Source: Dudresnaya verticillata
Taxonomy: Eukaryota
DNA: 64,000 bases
NCBI GenBank assembly: GCA_977862235.1
Contig: OZ374561.1
Location: 620,001 to 684,000, forward strand
Reading direction: 5' to 3'
Below the pieces are notes generated by a model that made no database searches, was not told the origin of the DNA, and saw only the letters and a list, made by a program, of their open reading frames with translations. The position numbers and the translations under genes were made by a program. Positions 58,584 to 64,000 of this stretch are shown piece by piece; position 1 is the stretch's first letter; every line of letters starts with the position of its first letter.

Positions 58584-59220
58584 GTGTAGGCGGGGAGGCG
58601 GTGGCGGTGTTGGCGGTGTTGGCGGGGGGGCGGGGTGATGATGAGGGGGAGGGGAGGGTGGGAGGCGGGAGAGGAGAGCGCGGCGTGGAGGGGGGTGGGA
58701 GTGCGGGAGGGGCGGATGAGCGAGCGGGACATCACATGGCGCCAGGGCGGGCGCGGGGCGGTGCGGCGGTTGCAGAGTGGGGCGACGGAGCGGGCGCGCG
58801 GGCGCGCGGGCGCGATCGCGGGAGTGCGCGGGTGCGAGGGAGCACCGGGCGCTGGCGCGCTGCAGCGGCGATGTGCGGGCGCTAGCGCGGCGGGCGGCGT
58901 AGCAGATTGGATTCCTGGCGACGCGCGGCGCGGCAGCGAGAGGCCGCGCGCGCGCCGCGCGCGCGCGAGCGGCAGGCGGCGCGCCTCGCGCGGCTGCGAG
59001 CGCGCGCGCGCGCCGCGCTGATTGGGCGCGCCGCGCGGCGGCGGATTGCCGCGGCCTTACAGCGCGCGGTCACGCGGCCGCGCGCTGCGAGCGCGCACTG
59101 CTCGCATCGCCGATAGATACGCTCGCGCCGAGCTCACGCACCCGCGCCCGCGCCGCCCGCGCCCGCGCTCCGTCCCGTTCACCCCCCGCACGCACACCCC
59201 CCCCCCCCCCCACGCACACC
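58584..59220. promoter_or_regulatory. Probable bidirectional CpG-rich promoter between cfa-like and chlM
   Basis: Head-to-head genes 637 nt apart. Dense (CG)n runs, two GATTGG (CCAAT-box) sites near 58905 and 59020, and C-rich leaders facing each ATG. Confidence 0.6.
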
Positions 59221-60057
59221 ATGCCGGCCTTCGCCCCCCCCGCCGCGCTGCGCGGCCCCGCGCGCGTGCAGGCGCAGCGGCGCGCGTCGACGCGCGCCTT
59301 GCGCGCGCCGCGACGCTTGCCGTGCCTTGCGGGCGGTCGCGCGCGGCGCGTGGCGATGGTGGCCGCGCCGGAGGTGGACGACAAGGCGGAGGTGACGGCG
59401 TACTTCAACGACGTGGGCTTCGACCGGTGGAACCGCATCTACTCGGAGGACGGCGAGGTGAACGCCGTGCAGCAGGACATCCGCGAGGGCCACGCGGCCA
59501 CGGTGTCCAAGGTGCTGCGCTGGGTGGACGCGGACGCGGACGCGGCGTCGCGCACGTTCTGCGACGCGGGCTGCGGCGTGGGGTCGCTGGCGCTCCCGCT
59601 GCTGGCGCGCGGCGCGCGCGTCACGGCTAGTGACATCTCGGCCGCCATGGTGGAGGAGGCGCAGCGCAGGGGGCGGGAGACCATCCCCGACCGCATGGCG
59701 GATGCGTCGTTTGCGACGATGGATCTGGAGAGTATTTCGGGCTCGTTTGATACGGTTTGTTGTATTGATGTCATGATCCATTACCCGACGGAGAAGGCCG
59801 CGGAGATGATTCGCAAGCTGGCGTCGAGCGCGGATCGGAGGCTTATTATCAGCTTTGCGCCCAAGACATTTCTGCTTGGCATCTTGAAAAAGGTTGGCGA
59901 GTTTTTCCCCGGGCCGAGCAAGGCCACCCGCGCCTATCTACATGCCGAGGAGGATGTGCGCCGTGCTATTGAGGGCTGCGGCCTGACCATTAAGCGCACC
60001 GAGTTTACCGGCACTAGGTTTTACTTTTCCAGACTCATTGAGGCTGTTAAAGAGTAG
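59221..60057 (+). CDS. chlM: Mg-protoporphyrin IX methyltransferase with plastid transit peptide, 278 aa
   Basis: DDKAEVTAYFN.VGFDRWNRIY, VNAVQQDIREGH, CDAGCGVGSL, DVMIHYP, SFAPKT, GEFFPGPSKATRAYLH, FYFSRL; Arg/Ala-rich MPAF N-extension. Confidence 0.96.
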   Translation: MPAFAPPAALRGPARVQAQRRASTRALRAPRRLPCLAGGRARRVAMVAAPEVDDKAEVTAYFNDVGFDRWNRIYSEDGEVNAVQQDIREGHAATVSKVLRWVDADADAASRTFCDAGCGVGSLALPLLARGARVTASDISAAMVEEAQRRGRETIPDRMADASFATMDLESISGSFDTVCCIDVMIHYPTEKAAEMIRKLASSADRRLIISFAPKTFLLGILKKVGEFFPGPSKATRAYLHAEEDVRRAIEGCGLTIKRTEFTGTRFYFSRLIEAVKE

Positions 60058-60682
60058 AAAGCTTTTGAGCTCTGTCTGACACATTGCCAACTTTTCCATG
60101 TCGCCTTGCTACTGCCTTCTTGCCCGCGACAAGAAAAAGAAAACAGGACGGACGGATGCGCGAGAGTGCACAACGTTGGGTTTTTGACGTGGCGCGCGCC
60201 CGTGGTGACCACGACGCTCGTCGTCCAGCTGCATTGTCGCTGGCACAAGTCACGGCAATAATGGAAGCTGACGACGGCGAGCGCTAAAGAGGTAGCGACG
60301 GGAGTGTGGCACGGTACTGATGAGTTTACAACGACGGTACAGTGCCAAAGTCTCGGTCGGCTACTCAAAGGTAACCCCACACGGCGCTTGATCGGTGCTT
60401 GGGGTTGCTTTGCCCCAACCAAAATGCGCAGAACATAAAAAGTATGCAAACACCACCAAGCGCCTTTCACGCTGCGAGTGCTCAAATGACGCAACGCCAA
60501 CACCCTACGTAGTATTCGAACATTTTCCCCCACTTTAGTTTCCGCAGTCCTAAAAATCACCAAAAGCTCTTAGAACTGTGTCACATATATGCATTTTTTC
60601 TGTATCTGTACAACGACAATCCAATGCCTCGCTCAAGCATTGTTCCCGTTCTATCTCTATATCTCTGCACCTACCTCGAAAA

Positions 60683-61663
60683 CTACTGATACCTGTGCAC
60701 CCCGTCTACAGCCACCTGCCGGGTTATCTCCCCAATAGACGTCTTCATAGTCGTACTTGGAAACCCCTGAGAAGGGGGAGGGGGCGACAGTGGAGAGAGT
60801 CCCACCCCCGAAGGCCGTCCAAGGTAGAACGACGATGGTCTTTGTCCCGACAAAAAAGATATCCCAGAGCTGTAAGAAACATTTGGAGACGTTTCGGGCG
60901 ATGACGCTAAATCACGGCTGCTCATCCCACCGCTCCCCTTGTGGCTCAGATTCTCATGTCGTCGTAGGTACCGCTTGCGAGCAAACTTCACCCCACATGA
61001 TGGTACCTTGCATTGAAACGGCCGCCCAGACTGCTCGTGAAGCTCGAGCACATGCTTTCGCATGTCACCCTTGTATCCAAATGCCCTCGAGCATATCGGG
61101 CACGAAAACGGTCTCTTTCCTTCGTGAACAATAGCAATGTGCTTGGACTTATTGAAAAGCTCCCCAAACGACTTGTCGCACAAGTGGCACTTATGCGGCT
61201 TGGACTTTAAATGCACGTTCCTCTGGTGAACCCGAAGCGTCCAAAGAGCTGAAAAACTCTTTTGGCAAACGTCACACGAGTGAGGTCGAAGCTTCTCATG
61301 CCGTGATTTGATATGTCGAGTAAGCGACCCCTTCTGACCAAACGTAGCATCGCATCCTTCGATGGTGCACCGAAAAGGCTTGATCGCTTTTTTCTCTATC
61401 TTCCCTTGCGCCGTCGGCAGTGCATATGGTAGTCGAGGCGCGGCAGACATATGGGCAATTGGACTCATCAAAGCGCTGGCTTGGAATGCGGGAGTACGCG
61501 AATGACCATAACCAGGGTCTTGCTGGTAGTGCCGAGCAGTGGATAGGCTTGCGTCATCGTGCACTGTTACCGGACTTGAAGAAAGGTAGGGCGGCGGGCC
61601 CGGTCGCGGAATGTCCGTGGGGGGAGCAGACTGGGCTGCGGAAAGTAAGAGGGAAATCTCCAT
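60683..61663 (-). CDS. C2H2 zinc-finger transcription factor with five tandem fingers, 326 aa
   Basis: CTIEGC..HIKSRH, CDVC..HQRNVH, CHLC..HIAIVH, CPIC..HVLELH, CKVPSC..HENLSH, with EKLRPH/EGKRPF-type linkers. Confidence 0.92.
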   Translation of the reverse strand: MEISLLLSAAQSAPPTDIPRPGPPPYLSSSPVTVHDDASLSTARHYQQDPGYGHSRTPAFQASALMSPIAHMSAAPRLPYALPTAQGKIEKKAIKPFRCTIEGCDATFGQKGSLTRHIKSRHEKLRPHSCDVCQKSFSALWTLRVHQRNVHLKSKPHKCHLCDKSFGELFNKSKHIAIVHEGKRPFSCPICSRAFGYKGDMRKHVLELHEQSGRPFQCKVPSCGVKFARKRYLRRHENLSHKGSGGMSSRDLASSPETSPNVSYSSGISFLSGQRPSSFYLGRPSGVGLSPLSPPPPSQGFPSTTMKTSIGEITRQVAVDGVHRYQ

Positions 61664-61691
61664 TGGAGATAGTGAATGGTGGGAACACTGA

Positions 61692-61736
61692 AGGAGAGGG
61701 GGGGAGGGAGAGGGGGGAGGGAGAGAGAGAGAGAGG

Positions 61737-61772
<36 letters not shown>

Positions 61773-61800
61773 AAGGTGAGGTGAAGGGGAAGAAGGGAAA
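61692..61800 (+). repeat. Polypurine/(GA)n tract, i.e. (CT)-rich 5' leader of the C2H2 gene on the minus strand
   Basis: Direct read. Confidence 0.8.
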
Positions 61801-62372
61801 GGATGAGAGAGGACTCTCGCAGCGGAAGAGAAAGGGATGATGATTCAGGCAGTTAAGTAGGCGTGGATGAGAGTCTCAGGTGAATCGGGCGGTGGGCAGC
61901 GACGGAGGTAGTGGATGACGGAGGGGGTTGTCCGTTTATGAGAAAGGGGACGGAATACGGAGCGTGTGGAGCGTCGGGTGGTGGGGGGTGGGGGGGTGTT
62001 CGGCGGAGTGCAGTGGAGTTTTTTTCAGCAGGAAGGAGGAAAGTTTGCCGCGAGGAGCAACTCTCTAGCAAAAAGCGGAATGTCGGTGTGTTGGTGTGTG
62101 GGGGTGCGTGTTGTGTTGGTACGGGATAGGCAAGAGGCCGAATTAACGGCTGCACGGGAGGATGACAGCTCTCGTCAAGACGGGTCAGCAGGCATACACG
62201 ACTAGAAAAATGAGTACCTTAAAGTAAGGGCGAGGCAAGGTTGTTACAGGGTGCAATATATATCGTGGACTTAGTTCCAACGAATGTTTCACCGAAAATA
62301 GCTCGTCCACGGGTTCCACACGGGGCCCCAAAGAGGACATGAGTGTGACTTGTTTAAGGATCGCGGTAGCGT

Positions 62373-62387
62373 GAGAGAGAGAGAGAG

Positions 62388-62429
<42 letters not shown>

Positions 62430-62430
62430 C
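62373..62430 (+). repeat. Compound (GA)n(GT)n(GC)n microsatellite
   Basis: Direct read. Confidence 0.85.
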
Positions 62431-64000
62431 GTGCGTGTGCGTGTTGCATGTGTGTGCTTGAGAGTACTTGCTGGATAAAGAACATGAACGGATGCAAAGT
62501 CAACAAGGCATGGCTCTGGAATTGGGAGCGTTTATGAAACAGTTCTGGATACAGTGTGCTCTCCACTGGTTGGGAGGGGGGACGTCTACGAAAGCGTGGG
62601 GACAGGACAGGACAGCACAGGCGCGAGCAGCGCGCGGCGAGCGACGAGCATGCAGCGGGCAGTAATGAAGGCGCGAGCGCGACGCGTTTGTCAGTTTGGA
62701 AGCGCGAGCGGTGAGTGGAGCGCGAGCGCAGGAGGATTATTTGGATACTGTGACCATCGCGGCGCGAGCGCAGCAGCACCGACGTGCTTTTATATTGAGA
62801 CATGTGAGAGCGGGAAACGTGCGCTCGCGCCTTGCCATGTTTTAAAGACCACAGTGACGCCGAGATGCGTGGAACCGTCGCCACGCCGCCGCCGCCGCCG
62901 CCCCGTTCCGCAAAGCCCACTGGTGCGTGCACGGCACGCCCTGCGCGCGCGTGGTGCGCGAGTGCCTGCCTGCCTGCCTGCTGCCTGCGCGCGCGCGCTC
63001 ATCGTCAGCATCACCATCGCCGCCGCGACGGCCCGAGCAAGGGGACGCGGTGGCGGGAGCCAGCCGCGTGCCCGCGACGAACCGTGCTTCCGGCGCGCAG
63101 CCGGTCGGTTCGCAGCAAAGCCACGACCGCCGAGTTGCAGGCGCCGACGCGTCGTTGTGTAGCGCGATTCGGCACGCGCGCGCGGACGCGAGAGCTGGCG
63201 CGACGGTGATTCCACGTATCACCGGCTTGGCGGCCTTGTGAGTGGAGCGCACGGGCGGCGCGGCGCGGCGCGGCGGGCGATTGGCGCACGGCGGGGGTTG
63301 GTGGCGGCGGCGGCGCGCGGCCGACGGCAACGGCTTGCTGCAGCAAGCGGCTGTTGATGAGCAGAGAGGCTGCGTCGGGGGAAACGGGCGGCGGCGTGGC
63401 GGGCCGGGGGAGAAGCGCGGCAGAGTAGTGAGCGCAGCAGCCGGTGCGGCGGATTCGCCCGGCAGACTCTCGGACGGCTCGACGCTGTGGCCACGACGCG
63501 TCTGTTCGCGCCAGCGCGCACTTGCTGTTCCTGTTCCGCCGCGTTTTCTCATGGACCGGTGCGCCGGCACCGGCGCGGCTGCACCGGCCGCCGGGTGGCT
63601 TGCCCTTCGTCCACCCCGCGGCGCGCGGACGCACACAAACACACACAACACACGCCGACTTTGGTACCGCCCGCGGACATATGCCCTTTTTGATTGCCGC
63701 ATAACGCACGGCGGCCGCTTTCGCTCACAACCGGCATTCATGCCGTTCGCACTGTCACACACACCGCCGCATCTCGCGCTCGCTCGCGCGTCGCGTCGCG
63801 TCGCGATAAGATAACATATACTTGTGCATTCAATACTCGCAAGCTCGACGCCGCCGCAACCAAAGCCGCGGTCCGCGCTCCATGCAAGCCGTGACCTTCC
63901 GAGCGGCTTGACATGCAAAAAGCCTTTAACCGCGGCCTGCCACCACGGCTCTGCATGATCCCGCCCGCGCGCCGAGCGCAATAGCAACAAGGAGTCGCGC

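Overview
Eukaryotic nuclear DNA, most consistent with a red alga (probably a florideophyte seaweed; inferred). Evidence: compact, intron-poor genes with short GT-AG introns, several with CTAAC-type branch points, plus nuclear-encoded plastid enzymes (ChlM, PurN) whose transit peptides begin MxAF. I can support about 17 protein-coding genes: Tweety-like membrane protein, Mic19/CHCHD3-like twin-CX9C protein (3 exons), SF3B6/p14 (3 exons), PurN (2 exons), IQM-like protein, MSH5 (4 exons), PRA1, a DDT-WHIM-WSD protein, Bud20/ZNF593, an orphan 94-aa ORF, a two-domain glycosyltransferase, two paralogous SHAQKYF-class MYBs, an FHA + CHD-type SANT/SLIDE x2 + FYR protein with no ATPase, a cyclopropane-fatty-acid-synthase-family methyltransferase, ChlM and a 5-finger C2H2 factor. 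Genes are separated by multi-kb CpG-dense, microsatellite-rich domains and by AT-richer, probably decayed intergenic DNA. The strongest novelty candidates are (1) the ATPase-less, FHA-headed CHD-tail protein, (2) the MYB pair with shared Cys motifs and candidate autoregulatory elements, and (3) the pseudo-GT/GT77 fusion. All family calls come from motif recognition by eye; no database searches were run. No tRNA, rRNA, CRISPR array or intact transposon was recognised.
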